Below, in pieces: positions 40,758-51,754 of a stretch of 64,000 nucleotides of DNA. The DNA lies in NCBI GenBank assembly GCA_037305845.1, contig CP147778.1, forward strand, positions 1,152,001 through 1,216,000. The letters are read 5' to 3'. Position 1 is the stretch's first letter. Each line of letters opens with the position of its first letter. The notes under the pieces are model-generated. The model had not been told where the DNA came from and made no database searches. It worked only from the letters and a program-made list of their open reading frames with translations. This DNA is from Candidatus Freyarchaeum deiterrae (GTDB lineage Archaea > Asgardarchaeota > Jordiarchaeia > Jordiarchaeales > Jordiarchaeaceae). The position numbers were made by a program, and so were the translations under genes.

Positions 40758-42296
40758 GTGAAGGGATTTAGTTTGAATTTGAATGTTAAAATGGTAGATA
40801 TTCTAACAGGTCTGAAGGTTGTTATTCTCAACAACAATGATGCTTCAAATCTGGGAGTTAGACCCCACGACAGAATAAAAGTGAAAACATGCAAAAGAGA
40901 GTTAACCGCTATGGTTAACGTTACAGATTCCTACGTAAACCAAGGAGAAATCGGCATCACCCCGCCTTTAAAGAAATTGTTCGAGTGTGAAGTCGGAGAA
41001 ACAATGGAAATAACCACCACAAGCATGCCATCATCCATGGAGTACATCTACAAAAAAATGAAGGGAGAAAGTCTAAAACACGAAGAGATACACGCCATTA
41101 TCAAGGACATAGTTGAAGGAAACTTGAGTGAACTAGAAACAGCCAGCTTCATTCTCTCTGAACAGTTCGTAGGAATGAGCCTAGACGAAATCGAGTATCT
41201 AACCCGCTCCATGGTCGATACCGGAGAAAAAATCGACTTCGATGTACCCGCCTTCGATAAACACTCAACTGGCGGTGTGCCCGGTAATAAGGTTAGTCTC
41301 CTGATTGTTCCAATAGTTGCGGCGGCGGGATTGCTGATTCCTAAGACTAGTAGTAAAGCAATAACCAGCCCGAGTGGAACAGCGGACACTATGGAGGTTC
41401 TGGCTCCGGTAAGTTTTAATGCGGAGGAGCTTAAGGAGTTGGTTGAAAAGACCAAGGGAGCGATTATTTGGGGAGGCTCGCTAAATATGGCACCTGCAGA
41501 TGATCTAATCATACAGATTGAGCATCCTCTTCGAATAGACCCCACGTCCCAAATGATTGCAAGCATTATCGCAAAAAAGATTTCGGTTGGAATAGACAAC
41601 ATGGTATTAGACATTCCAGTGGGAGCGGGAACAAAGATGGAAACTATGGAGGACGCCGAAAAATTTGCGAATGCGTTTATAGAGATAGCTAAAAGATTAA
41701 AGATAGTGACTTATTGCGCGGTTACGTATGGGGGGCAACCAGTTGGCCACGCAATAGGCCCTGCGCTCGAGGCGAAGGAAGCTTTGGAGGCTTTGATGGG
41801 GGGTGGCCCCACTAGCTTGATTGAGAAATCTACTGGTTTAGCCGGATCTCTCTTGGAGTTGGGTGGTGTTGCACCGGAGAACAAAGGCCAGGAATATGCC
41901 AAGGAGATACTGAGAAGCGGAAAGGCTTTAAAAAAGATGCGGGAAATAATTGAAGCACAGGGCGGCAATCCTAACGTGAAACCTGAGGATATTCCCATCG
42001 GCGAGCATGTAGCTAGCTTGGAAGCAAAAGCCGATGGATATGTGACCTTTGTAGACAACAAGAGCATAACTAAGATTGCTCAAGCTGCGGGTGCGCCGTT
42101 AGACAAAGGAGCGGGAGTGGTTTTAAACTATAAAAGGGGTTACGCGGTGTCTAGGGGAGAAAAATTGTTAAGTATATACGCCGAAAAAGAGAGTAGACTT
42201 CACGAAGCAACGGCGCTGGCAACAAGAACCATGCCTATAATAGTTGAGGGCATGCTTCTCCAAAAGTTTCCGAAGTTTGGTGGTAAGGCAAGTTGA
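40758..42296 (+). CDS. AMP phosphorylase
   Basis: DKHSTGGVPGNK, PKTSSKAITSPSGTADTMEVLAPV; archaeal N-terminal extension; AGAPLDKGAGV. Confidence 0.92.
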   Translation: MKGFSLNLNVKMVDILTGLKVVILNNNDASNLGVRPHDRIKVKTCKRELTAMVNVTDSYVNQGEIGITPPLKKLFECEVGETMEITTTSMPSSMEYIYKKMKGESLKHEEIHAIIKDIVEGNLSELETASFILSEQFVGMSLDEIEYLTRSMVDTGEKIDFDVPAFDKHSTGGVPGNKVSLLIVPIVAAAGLLIPKTSSKAITSPSGTADTMEVLAPVSFNAEELKELVEKTKGAIIWGGSLNMAPADDLIIQIEHPLRIDPTSQMIASIIAKKISVGIDNMVLDIPVGAGTKMETMEDAEKFANAFIEIAKRLKIVTYCAVTYGGQPVGHAIGPALEAKEALEALMGGGPTSLIEKSTGLAGSLLELGGVAPENKGQEYAKEILRSGKALKKMREIIEAQGGNPNVKPEDIPIGEHVASLEAKADGYVTFVDNKSITKIAQAAGAPLDKGAGVVLNYKRGYAVSRGEKLLSIYAEKESRLHEATALATRTMPIIVEGMLLQKFPKFGGKAS

Positions 42297-43042
42297 AAGA
42301 CAAAGTTAAACAGGTTTGGGATGAACTACGGGACTACGTGAACGAATTTAACGTAGTATCCAAAACTGAGCTGATAGCCGAAATAAACGAATTACTATTC
42401 TCCCTTTTCACAGACGAAGAGAGGGAAAAAATGGAAAGCGAGTTCTCCATGAAACCAACATTATTTTTCTTCGAGAGTATAGTCGGGGAAACACCTCACT
42501 CAGTTTACTCGCCTCACCTGAGCGAGAAAGACTCTTTCCATGGAGAGACCTATTATCACGCCCATACTTATCCAGCGAAGGAAGAAGACATCAAAAAAGC
42601 ATACGAAAGACTGGAACAGATTAAATTCAAAGCCACAACAAACATCCTCAAAAACACGCTTGAAAAAGCAGGATACCGACTAAAAACAGAGAATAACATG
42701 GTGTTAGCTAAAAAATCAGGCTACACACTAAAATGCACCATTTTCTCAAATCCGGAAACAATAAAATCAAATATTCAGAAATCACCAAACGAATACAAAG
42801 AAACCGTAATAGTTGTACCAACCGAAACCTCCATCAGCCCATTCAAAGAGCTCTACAAGGAGTCAAACAAACTACTCGACAACCAAACAATCATATGGGT
42901 CGCAAACATTCAAAACTATAGCTTAAGCCCCTTTATTGGAGTATACCCCGGAGAAAAAAAAGACAAAGAACTCACCAAATACTTCGAAAAACCAGAATTA
43001 GCGTCAAGAATCTCCAGCACATGGAAAACTGAAATCGATTAA
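42293..43042 (+). CDS. Hypothetical protein, translationally coupled to AMP phosphorylase
   Basis: 249-aa ORF with a 4-nt overlap (TTGA). Confidence 0.6.
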   Translation: MKDKVKQVWDELRDYVNEFNVVSKTELIAEINELLFSLFTDEEREKMESEFSMKPTLFFFESIVGETPHSVYSPHLSEKDSFHGETYYHAHTYPAKEEDIKKAYERLEQIKFKATTNILKNTLEKAGYRLKTENNMVLAKKSGYTLKCTIFSNPETIKSNIQKSPNEYKETVIVVPTETSISPFKELYKESNKLLDNQTIIWVANIQNYSLSPFIGVYPGEKKDKELTKYFEKPELASRISSTWKTEID

Positions 43043-43246
43043 AAAGCCACCCTCAGAAAGAAACCGCAAAAATAAAGCACTAAAACAAATACCCTCAAAT
43101 GTTAAATTTGATGTTAAACTAATTATTTATTAACTTTAGGAACATTTTCAGCACAAAAAGTATTAATACTATTCTTACCAAGTCAATAAAAGCAACAAAT
43201 ACTCATACTTTACTTAATCAATAATAGAATTAGGAGTAGGGTTTTT

Positions 43247-43864
43247 ATGATCAAAGATGAAAAAATTAAAGATAACATTTATATGTCAGGTACAACAACC
43301 CTGGGAATCATATGCGATGGTGGGGTAGTACTCGCAACAGAATCACAGGCAACCATGGGAAACCTGAAAGCGAACATAACCGCACCCAAAATATACAAAA
43401 TAGCCCCCAAGATTTCCATAACCATATCTGGCAGCGTAGCAGATTGCCAACAAGTGGCAAAAATAATGTACGCAAACCTAAATCTTAGAAAATACGAAAT
43501 CAGTAGAGAAGTAAGCGTAAAAGCTGCCGCACAACTCCTATCCGTACTCCTATACCAGAACCGAAGCTATATAAGTATGCTAGTCCTAGGCGGAGTCGAT
43601 GGAACCGGACCACACATCTACACACTAGACCCCCTAGGAAGCCTACTCGAAGAACCCAAATTCGGCGCCACAGGATCAGGATCAGTCCTAGCCTACGGAG
43701 TTCTGGAAGACGAATACAAGGAAGGATTGAGCATAGAAGAAGGAAAAGACCTAGCTATAAGAGCAGTAAAAGCAGCCAAAGCCAGAGACATCAACTCAGG
43801 GGGAAGAATTCAGATACACAAAATAACACTAGAGGGAATAGAAGAACAACTAATCGAAGAATAA
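43247..43864 (+). CDS. psmB: Proteasome subunit beta
   Basis: Propeptide ..MSG|TTTLG with catalytic Thr; SGSVADCQ, GSGS, ARDINSGG. Confidence 0.93.
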   Translation: MIKDEKIKDNIYMSGTTTLGIICDGGVVLATESQATMGNLKANITAPKIYKIAPKISITISGSVADCQQVAKIMYANLNLRKYEISREVSVKAAAQLLSVLLYQNRSYISMLVLGGVDGTGPHIYTLDPLGSLLEEPKFGATGSGSVLAYGVLEDEYKEGLSIEEGKDLAIRAVKAAKARDINSGGRIQIHKITLEGIEEQLIEE

Positions 43865-44581
43865 ACAAATAAAACAACCTAAAATGTTGGAAAAAATCAA
43901 TCCAACCCCCAAAAGAGAAGGAATACTATTTCTTTCCCACCCTATTTTTAAATCCGTTTGGGAGAGAGTTAAAGGTTACCGCGGAAGAAAACAACGGACC
44001 GGTGATCTCTCCCGCCCAAAAACATGCATTTTGATATTAAATTTTGATGTTTCCAAACTTGTTCAGATAAAAAATCGAAAACAAAATGATACCGCAGATC
44101 CCAGATTATGAAAAAATTATATGAGAAAAATATTCTAAAAAGGGACTAATTATTCAATCAAAAAACATGTTAATAAGTCAACGTAAACTAGATGAGAAAA
44201 AGGACATTAGGGAAGCCCTCAACGCTAATACGCCCACACCAATACTAAAAAAAGAAGACCAACAACGACAATGCAAGTGAGGGGGGAAAGCGATTAGTGA
44301 GCTTAGTGTGGAGTGTGTAGCGTGAGGTTCAACTTCCCCGATTAAGTATAATGTATTTTATAAATAAAAATCTTTTGCTTGTTTTCGGTATTTTTTTCCT
44401 TTTGTTTTATATGTTTGGATTTTTATAGGCTTTTTGTTCAAAAATGTACATGCCTTTCATTTTTAAATGTACTTTTTGTGGGGTTATGTAAGTATTTTTT
44501 GTGTGTTACTCGGGTTTTTATTATTTTTTGGTGTGAATTTTTTAAGTTAACGCGGCTTATTATGGTCCGGAGGACTCTTTC

Positions 44582-45073
44582 ATGTCTGAGGATAATTCAC
44601 ATTTTACGATATTTAATAGTGTTAGCGGTGATTCTGGTTCAGGAACCAATTATGGTTCCAGTTCAAGTTCGGGAAAAAACGATGTTATGAGAAGGTTGAT
44701 GGGAGGCGATTTGTGTAAGAGAGCCATTTTTGATGTTTTGAGCAGCGGGGGTTGGTTTACAGTTCTTGACCTGTGTCGTGCGGCGCGTAATTGTGATCGC
44801 GGCGTAGGTATTGTGAGGGTGAGTACTATCTTGAACCAGTTTCAGCAATCTCTGGGTAGTGATTTTCTGGAGTCTAGAATGGGGAGGGACGCCACTGAGT
44901 GGCGTATTAATCCTGAGTTTTTACGCTCTGCAGCGGGTGTCCTCTCCGAGTTGAAATCCCGTGATAATGGGATTGAGACCAAGATTACGGAAGGAGGTAA
45001 GAGTGAAAACGTGAAAACGCATAGTAGTCTTTTACGCAATCTCTTAGGAAAGACATCAGATTTGAATTTGTAG
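44582..45073 (+). CDS. Hypothetical protein, possible winged helix
   Basis: SD GGAGG; KRAIFDVLS..WFTVLDLCRAA..VRVSTILNQF..EWRINPE. Confidence 0.5.
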   Translation: MSEDNSHFTIFNSVSGDSGSGTNYGSSSSSGKNDVMRRLMGGDLCKRAIFDVLSSGGWFTVLDLCRAARNCDRGVGIVRVSTILNQFQQSLGSDFLESRMGRDATEWRINPEFLRSAAGVLSELKSRDNGIETKITEGGKSENVKTHSSLLRNLLGKTSDLNL

Positions 45074-45216
45074 GGATTCGTGTTTTCGGACTTATTTCTT
45101 TATTCTTCGGTCCCCATTTTTAGGTAATTGTTCGCTCTTTGATGAGTTAAATTCTTAAATATCTTAAAAACTGGTTTCTACAGAGTTTTAAGGTAAGGGC
45201 AGGGTACGGTTTTAGC

Positions 45217-45450
45217 ATGGTTCGTATAGCTATAGATCCAGATAAGTGCCACGGTGAAGGAATATGCAGGGCGGTTTGTCCTAAAGGTGGGCGGATTTAT
45301 AATATTGTGGAATCTAACGGTAAGCGTTTAGCTGTAGTTATGGACGAAAGTAACTGCTTAGGTTGTAAATTATGTATGACGCGATGCCCACATGATGCGA
45401 TTAGGATTGATTTTAAGAAGAGACCTCACTCCCAAGATGTGGAGCCTTGA
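45217..45450 (+). CDS. Ferredoxin
   Basis: CHGEGICRAVCP and CLGCKLCMTRCP. Confidence 0.85.
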   Translation: MVRIAIDPDKCHGEGICRAVCPKGGRIYNIVESNGKRLAVVMDESNCLGCKLCMTRCPHDAIRIDFKKRPHSQDVEP

Positions 45451-45553
45451 TTAATTTTTAGTTTTCTAATTCTGTTTTATGCGCTGTTTTAGCTTGCGTT
45501 TCTAAGAGTTAATGTTTTAAGCTTTGTCACAACTGTATTTTTAGAATTTTGCT

Positions 45554-46492
45554 ATGTGGCGTGCGATTATGGTTTATGACAAGGCTGGGAGGCCTATTAG
45601 GGATATTCGAGTTTCCCTTACTCATCGTTGTAATCTCAAGTGTATTTACTGTCACGGTGAGGGCGAGTGCCATCCTAATGGTGAGTTAAGTGCTCCGGAA
45701 ATTGAAAGAGTTGTGGAAGTTGCGGCGGGTGAGGGTGTTCAGCGAGTAAAGTTGACTGGTGGGGAACCGCTACTGCGTAAGGATGTTATTGATGTGGTTA
45801 GGAGGCTCTCCTCTATCCCTGGAATAGAGGAGGTTTCTATGACTACCAATGCTACCATGCTTGCGGACATGGCGGGTGAGCTGAAAGAGGCAGGATTAAA
45901 AAGAGTTAATATTAGCTTGGGCTCTCTTGTTCCTGAGAGGTATAAGGAAATCACTGGTTTTGATAAATTAGACTCTGTGCTTAGCGGAATTGATGAGGCG
46001 GTGGAGGTTGGGCTCAGCCCTGTGAAGACTAACATGGTATTGTTGAAGGGATTGAACGATAATGAGTTCTGGGATTTGGTGAAGTTTTCCAAAGACAAGG
46101 GTGTGGTTCTTCAGGTTATTGAGTTTGTTGATGTCGGGAATAACTCCGTCTTTGAGCACTATCATGCAGATGTCGAACCCCTAGAGAACGAGTTGCAGCG
46201 TCGCTCGGAAAGGATTGTCACCAGAAATATGCATAAAAGAAAAAAGTATTTTCTACCCGGTGGGGCGGAAGTGGAGATTGTTAGACCGGTACATAACAGT
46301 GATTTCTGCTCCAACTGTACACGTATTCGGCTAACAAGCGACGGAAAGCTCAAACCCTGCTTGATGCGGAACGACAATCTAGTGGATGTTGTTGAACCGC
46401 TCAGAAAAGGAGCAGACCAAAAAACTCTCAAAAAGCTATTTTTGAAGGCGGTAGAGTTACGCGAGCCTTACTATAAAGCTAAGAATGAGTAA
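45554..46492 (+). CDS. moaA: GTP 3',8-cyclase MoaA
   Basis: RVSLTHRCNLKCIYCH, TGGEPLLR, FCSNCTRIRLTSDGKLKPCL. Confidence 0.93.
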   Translation: MWRAIMVYDKAGRPIRDIRVSLTHRCNLKCIYCHGEGECHPNGELSAPEIERVVEVAAGEGVQRVKLTGGEPLLRKDVIDVVRRLSSIPGIEEVSMTTNATMLADMAGELKEAGLKRVNISLGSLVPERYKEITGFDKLDSVLSGIDEAVEVGLSPVKTNMVLLKGLNDNEFWDLVKFSKDKGVVLQVIEFVDVGNNSVFEHYHADVEPLENELQRRSERIVTRNMHKRKKYFLPGGAEVEIVRPVHNSDFCSNCTRIRLTSDGKLKPCLMRNDNLVDVVEPLRKGADQKTLKKLFLKAVELREPYYKAKNE

Positions 46493-46870
46493 ATTACTTT
46501 ATTTTCAGTTTTCTTATGGTCGCACCTCTATCTTTGCCCTCTTTTTAGACTCCGTTTTAGGGAACAAGACGCGATCAACGAGGACCAAAGATAATGAGGT
46601 AACGCCTATACCGATGACGAATAGGGTGGTCAAATCAAACACTTTTTCCATCACCTTCCTAGTTTACTATTTTTAATACTAATATAATTAGTATAATATA
46701 TAAATATATTTGAGATTGGTTCACAATTATTATGAAAAATTATTAAATTTAGTTATGAATTATTAATAACTTTTAAGAAAAAATATGAAAAACTTATAGC
46801 TATACTTAATTTAAAATAGAGATTCCGCCCTCAATAACAAAGGTCGCATGTCTATTTTTCTTACCTGTAT

Positions 46871-48010
46871 CTAGAGGGATCTTTTTAGGAGTTCCATTAG
46901 GTCTACTAATTTTATTTTGGAGTCGGAGTACCTAATGGCTCTTTCGAAATTGAATTCGCAGATTGGGCAACTGGTCACAAGCATTTCTGCACCTGTGGCT
47001 TCTGCCTCTTTTACGCGCTTCTCGGCTATTTTCACAGCGACCTCAGGGTAAGCGGCCATCATCCCTCCGCCTGCCCCACAACACTTCGCTTCAAACTTGT
47101 TGTACTCCATTTCCCTCAGTTCCAGCCCAGGAATACTGTTCAGAATTCTGCGTGGTTCCTCTATTACCTTCATGTGTCTGCCTAGATGGCAAGGGTCGTG
47201 ATAAGTGGCGACGGTTTTCACAGGTTTGGTGGGTTTTATTTTCTCCTCATCCAGCATCTTTGCCACCGCCTGTGTTATATGTTCAACCTTTAAGTCGAAG
47301 TCGAAGTACTTGGGATACTCTTCAGCGAAAATTTTGTAACAACCCGGGCACCCGGTGATGATTGTTTTTATGCCAGCTTTCCGAAACGCGTCTACGTTCT
47401 TTTTCCCGTTCTCAATGAAATCTTCTAAAAATCCGGTGGTGAGCATAAGGCTCCCGCAGCAATACTCCTCATTTCCTAGATAATTCAGTTTTAAGCCGCT
47501 GTCGATGAGCAATTTGGCAGAGGATTTCAACCAATCAGGAAAAATATAGGGATAAGTACAACCAGCATACAGGAGAGTATCGGCAGACTTCGAGAATTTA
47601 ATGTCCTTCGCCCAGTTCGCTCTCTCATTTCTGGGTTTCAAGTAGGGATTACTGTTTCGCTTTATTTCTTCTATGCCCCTCTCATGATACTCGTCTTTAA
47701 AGCCCGCCTCCACCAAGTCTGCCCTGAGAGCTTCAATAATTTCCACATTTCTTAATGCACAACGGGATCCGCAGTAATTACACGTTGCGCATAGGTTTAT
47801 ACAGTCCAGTATTTCCTTACTGGGCTCAAGGACGCCTTCTAACAGTCCTCTCGCTATGAGCATTTTTCCACGACAAGAATAAGATTCCAAACCCATCTCT
47901 CGAAAAGCCGGGCAGAGTTCGCGGCAATAGCCGCACCGACTGCGATTACAAGTGTATATGTCTTCTTTGTATTCATCGGTATGTTCCATTTTTTTCCACT
48001 CTTTTCTCAT
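46871..48010 (-). CDS. Fe-S oxidoreductase (GlcF/GlpC-like, CCG domains)
   Basis: Two ferredoxin motifs; CCG, GCPGC, YHDPCHLGR, CCGAGGG, CPIC. Confidence 0.85.
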   Translation of the reverse strand: MRKEWKKMEHTDEYKEDIYTCNRSRCGYCRELCPAFREMGLESYSCRGKMLIARGLLEGVLEPSKEILDCINLCATCNYCGSRCALRNVEIIEALRADLVEAGFKDEYHERGIEEIKRNSNPYLKPRNERANWAKDIKFSKSADTLLYAGCTYPYIFPDWLKSSAKLLIDSGLKLNYLGNEEYCCGSLMLTTGFLEDFIENGKKNVDAFRKAGIKTIITGCPGCYKIFAEEYPKYFDFDLKVEHITQAVAKMLDEEKIKPTKPVKTVATYHDPCHLGRHMKVIEEPRRILNSIPGLELREMEYNKFEAKCCGAGGGMMAAYPEVAVKIAEKRVKEAEATGAEMLVTSCPICEFNFERAIRYSDSKIKLVDLMELLKRSL

Positions 48011-48044
48011 CTATTGAACAATTAGTGTGAATGTTTTGATTTTC

Positions 48045-49514
48045 TTACGGTTGTTTTTCGGGTTGTATCCAGCATGATTCGAATTTTTTGCCGGGGTTCA
48101 TTATGTTTGCGGGGTCGAATACTTCTTTGATTTTCTTCATGTATTTTAGCGCTTCCCCGTGTTCGTACTCGTTGAAGCCGCCTAATCGGTCTCCGTCTCC
48201 GATGTAGGTGCTCATGGTTCCTTCTAGGTCTACGGCCATTTTGCTCATTTCTTCGACGTATTTGTAGAAGCGTTTTATTTCGTCGGGGTTGGTGTCGTCT
48301 ACGAATACTGCGAAGCTTATGCTGGGGCTTATGCGGTTGGGTCTTTCGTTGTACACGCACATTCCCAGGATTTCGATTTGGTTTTTTTCTGCTATTTCTA
48401 GGAATTTTTGGTATGCTTCTTCTATTCGGCCTATGGGGATTCCTAGGTCTGCGGCTCCGAATTTTTTCTTTCTCTGGGAGTCAGGCCATTTCTGTTTGAA
48501 GGGTTGGAACTGTAGAGTGTGTTTGCTGGTCCACCACCCGTCGATGATTTCTCTCTCTTTTACTTTTACTCCTCCGCTTTCTTCTAGTATTTTTAGGGCG
48601 TATTCGTGCGCGAAGTTTACTACTTCTTCGTCGCCGTTGAAGGATACGAATAATAGCGCTTCAGCCCATTCGGGGATGTCAGGTTCTTTTCCGTGTTTTT
48701 CTTTGTAGGCGTGGGTGTAGAATCCTAAGCGGTTTCTGCAGTTGATGTGGGCGCTTTCGACGCTTAGTCCGGCTTTGAGGAGTTTTTGTAGGGCGTTTAT
48801 TGCTTCCGAGATAGATTTGAAGACTGCCGCTTCTACTGCTCTAGTTTGGGGTTTGGGGAAGACGTTTAGTGTGGCTTCTGTGACTACTCCGAGTGTGCCC
48901 TCTGCTCCTATTAGGAGCCAGTGTAGTTTGTATCCAGAGGAGGTGCAGAGTGCTTTTCGGTGTCCCACTCTCAGGATTTCTCCAGTGCCGGTCACTATTA
49001 CGGCGTTGAGGAGGTAGTCTACTAGTTTTCCGTATTTTATTCCGAAGGTGCTGTCGTTATCGCAAGATATGGCGGCTCCGACTGTGGATGCAGGTTTGCT
49101 TTCGGGGTCGTGTGGCCACCATAAGCCGTGTTTTTCTAGTTCCTTGTTAAGGGTCAGGACGGGTATGCCGACTTGTGTGGTTACTGTTAGGTTTTCCTTG
49201 TCTATTTCCAAGACTTTGTTGAGTCCCTTGGTGTCTATGGTTATGCCTCCTTTGATTGGGGATACTCCCCCACCCATTCCGGTTCCGCCTGCAAACGGGA
49301 CAACTGGAATCTTGTTTTTGTACGCGATTTTTATTATTTCCGCTACTTCCTCTGTGGTTGAGGGCACTACGACTAGGTCGGGAAGCTGTGCTTCTTTCGC
49401 GTTTCGGGGAGACCAATCTCTGCTGTAAGCCATTCTCTGGAATTTTTGAGCTGAAATTTTCTCCTCACCTATTTTTTGTGCTATTTCCTGAGCAACCTCC
49501 TCTATTTCTAGCAT
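48045..49514 (-). CDS. FAD-linked oxidoreductase (GlcD/D-lactate dehydrogenase-like)
   Basis: VVPFAGGTGMGGG, PHDPES, GAEGTLGVVTEATL, IKEVFDPANIMNPGK. Confidence 0.88.
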   Translation of the reverse strand: MLEIEEVAQEIAQKIGEEKISAQKFQRMAYSRDWSPRNAKEAQLPDLVVVPSTTEEVAEIIKIAYKNKIPVVPFAGGTGMGGGVSPIKGGITIDTKGLNKVLEIDKENLTVTTQVGIPVLTLNKELEKHGLWWPHDPESKPASTVGAAISCDNDSTFGIKYGKLVDYLLNAVIVTGTGEILRVGHRKALCTSSGYKLHWLLIGAEGTLGVVTEATLNVFPKPQTRAVEAAVFKSISEAINALQKLLKAGLSVESAHINCRNRLGFYTHAYKEKHGKEPDIPEWAEALLFVSFNGDEEVVNFAHEYALKILEESGGVKVKEREIIDGWWTSKHTLQFQPFKQKWPDSQRKKKFGAADLGIPIGRIEEAYQKFLEIAEKNQIEILGMCVYNERPNRISPSISFAVFVDDTNPDEIKRFYKYVEEMSKMAVDLEGTMSTYIGDGDRLGGFNEYEHGEALKYMKKIKEVFDPANIMNPGKKFESCWIQPEKQP

Positions 49515-49731
49515 AGTTTTAACTCCTCTAAGTAAGTGTTATCTCAATTAATTCGAGTGATCGTAATAGGTTCATCCGTGCATTTTGAGAGGTTTTTCCC
49601 CTCGTTTTTTGAATGCTTTAAGAGTATTTTAACAGTTTTATAACTGTATATATTTGTTTCTGGTTTTTAAAAAATTGAAAGAGAACTTGTTCATTCGTTT
49701 AAAGTTTTACCGCTAGTTTTTTATTGTGTGA

Positions 49732-50337
49732 ATGATTATATTACTCAGCGATATTAGAGAGTCGAGGTGGAAGTCGCGCTTAGAATGTGGATTTCTAGTT
49801 TCCATTGCAATTGAGGTGAGCTTTTTGAGAAACGAATCTCTCATTAAGGATATGAGCAGGATTCTGCTAGAGTTTAACGACACCAAGGAAAAATACGATT
49901 TAGAGGTTAAACGACTCTCAGAGTCTTTGTCCCAGCTCAAGTTATCAAATTCGAACGGTGATAGACTTAAAAACGGAGAAAAGGCTCTTGATTGCATATT
50001 TGACACGGATGAGTATTTGTTTAATTTTGAAAGAATTATGACGGATTTGATAAGTCTGGAGATGACTAAGAACCGAGTTCAGTCTATGACTTCTAATTTT
50101 ATTTCGAGGGTTAGGTCTCAGAGGGAATTACTAAGCGAACTTCAAAAGAACATCAAAAACTGTTTGAAGGTTAGCGATAACTCTGACCTCTCAGAAATCG
50201 CTATAGAGGATCTCCAGAAAAGCTCAGAAGTGTTTAGGAAAAACGTGTTAGAAACCAAGCGAGAAAGTGAAAATTTGACTTCGCTGCTCAGAGATAAATA
50301 CGAGAAAGTTCGCCTGGGAAAATCTAATTATATTTAG
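49732..50337 (+). CDS. Hypothetical helical/coiled-coil protein
   Basis: Long ORF with heptad character; true start probably near 49824, after GAGGTGA. Confidence 0.5.
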   Translation: MIILLSDIRESRWKSRLECGFLVSIAIEVSFLRNESLIKDMSRILLEFNDTKEKYDLEVKRLSESLSQLKLSNSNGDRLKNGEKALDCIFDTDEYLFNFERIMTDLISLEMTKNRVQSMTSNFISRVRSQRELLSELQKNIKNCLKVSDNSDLSEIAIEDLQKSSEVFRKNVLETKRESENLTSLLRDKYEKVRLGKSNYI

Positions 50338-50345
50338 GAGTTCCT

Positions 50346-51749
50346 TCATTTTTCCTCTTTTTCTTTTGGTTTCGCTTCCTTCTGCTGTTTCTTCTTTCCA
50401 TATTCTTTAACCAAGCCTAAGATATAAGCAGCCATTGGAAAGGAGAAGGCTATGGGTAGTAGCAGCACTAGAACTATTTCTGGTTGTGAAACCTCTACGC
50501 TCTCGATAACGGACAGGGGAACCCCAACTTGGTTTAAGGCTATGAGTGTTGCGAAACATATGAAGGAGAAAAGAATAACGCCTCCGACACGGAGAAGGGT
50601 ACCGATGAGGGCTGAGCGGGTTACACTGCCGAAGCTTGGAGCCGCGGCTGCCGCGGTTAGTGTTTCTCTAGATTCCGGAATTTCTGTGTAAATTTTGTCC
50701 ATGTATGTTTGCAGTCTTCTGATATCGTGTAGCGCTTCTTTTTCCACCTTTTTCTTTCTAAAAATCTTCATTTCAATAAGGTTTCTAAGGAACTTTATAG
50801 CCTCTTCGCTTAGCGTTGTTCTAGTTTTAGTAGCCCCCTTCGTTTCGTCGGCAATCACTTCTTCTTCTGGTGCTGAGGCAATTTCTTCCACAACTTTCAA
50901 CTGCTTCTCAATCATTTTTCTTCTTTCAATCGCGGGGGAAGTAACCTCATTCATGTATATAACTTGGAAGCCCACCTCCACATAGAGATAGCAAACAAGC
51001 GCTGCGAAGAACAGAGGTGAAGTTAAAAACGAGATTGCTGCTCCAGCTACACCCCCGTACAATACCTCAATAAAGAAGGAAGTAGAGGTAAAGAACAAGG
51101 TACTGCCAGGCAAACCAATGTTAATCATCTGGGTTAAAGCAGCGAGCGCCAACATTGATTGTATGCAGATAAATGAGGAAACCAGATATCGCATCTTTAC
51201 TCTCCAGAAAAAGACAACACCGGTAATAATAGCAACAATAAGTAGGAGAGGAAATAGAAAATAATAAAATGACCAAAGAGCATTAAGCGCCAAGTCGCTT
51301 AGAACAAGCGTCCAAAGGCTGGGCCAGATCAAATATTCCATCTGGAAAGAGTTCAAAAATAGAATCAAAGGAAAGGGATACAACCAAATTTTCGATGTGA
51401 AAAGATCCCCATAGTATTCTAGAATCAAAATATTATTATATAATGCGAGGTATGGCTGAGCCAAGGGGGGCATGAAAAATTGGGCTGCGAGCGTATCTAA
51501 CCCTCTAATCATCATTGTAAAAATAAATTGCAAAAGTCTCCAGAAATCTCCTAGAAAAACGCTAAAGTTGCTGAGGCTCCAGGTATCAATCGGGTTATAA
51601 AGAGTGTAAAACGTGTTAGAACTCCCGTTGTAGTATTGAATTTGGTGGAAAGTACGCGACCAAACGTTAGTAAGAACCACTAGTAGAGAGCCTAGAAAGG
51701 AGACACCGGCAACAATTTTTAGTGATAGTTTAAATTGCGAACTTTTCAT
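50346..51749 (-). CDS. Multi-pass membrane protein, last gene of the MoxR operon
   Basis: Several TM segments and a charged cytoplasmic loop; 5-nt gap to DUF58. Confidence 0.65.
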   Translation of the reverse strand: MKSSQFKLSLKIVAGVSFLGSLLVVLTNVWSRTFHQIQYYNGSSNTFYTLYNPIDTWSLSNFSVFLGDFWRLLQFIFTMMIRGLDTLAAQFFMPPLAQPYLALYNNILILEYYGDLFTSKIWLYPFPLILFLNSFQMEYLIWPSLWTLVLSDLALNALWSFYYFLFPLLLIVAIITGVVFFWRVKMRYLVSSFICIQSMLALAALTQMINIGLPGSTLFFTSTSFFIEVLYGGVAGAAISFLTSPLFFAALVCYLYVEVGFQVIYMNEVTSPAIERRKMIEKQLKVVEEIASAPEEEVIADETKGATKTRTTLSEEAIKFLRNLIEMKIFRKKKVEKEALHDIRRLQTYMDKIYTEIPESRETLTAAAAAPSFGSVTRSALIGTLLRVGGVILFSFICFATLIALNQVGVPLSVIESVEVSQPEIVLVLLLPIAFSFPMAAYILGLVKEYGKKKQQKEAKPKEKEEK

Positions 51750-51754
51750 GGGGG

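Noticed and set aside
43884-44690. ORFs 43884-44111 and 44379-44690
   Set aside because: Low-complexity translations of AC-rich or T-rich intergenic DNA without SD or motifs.
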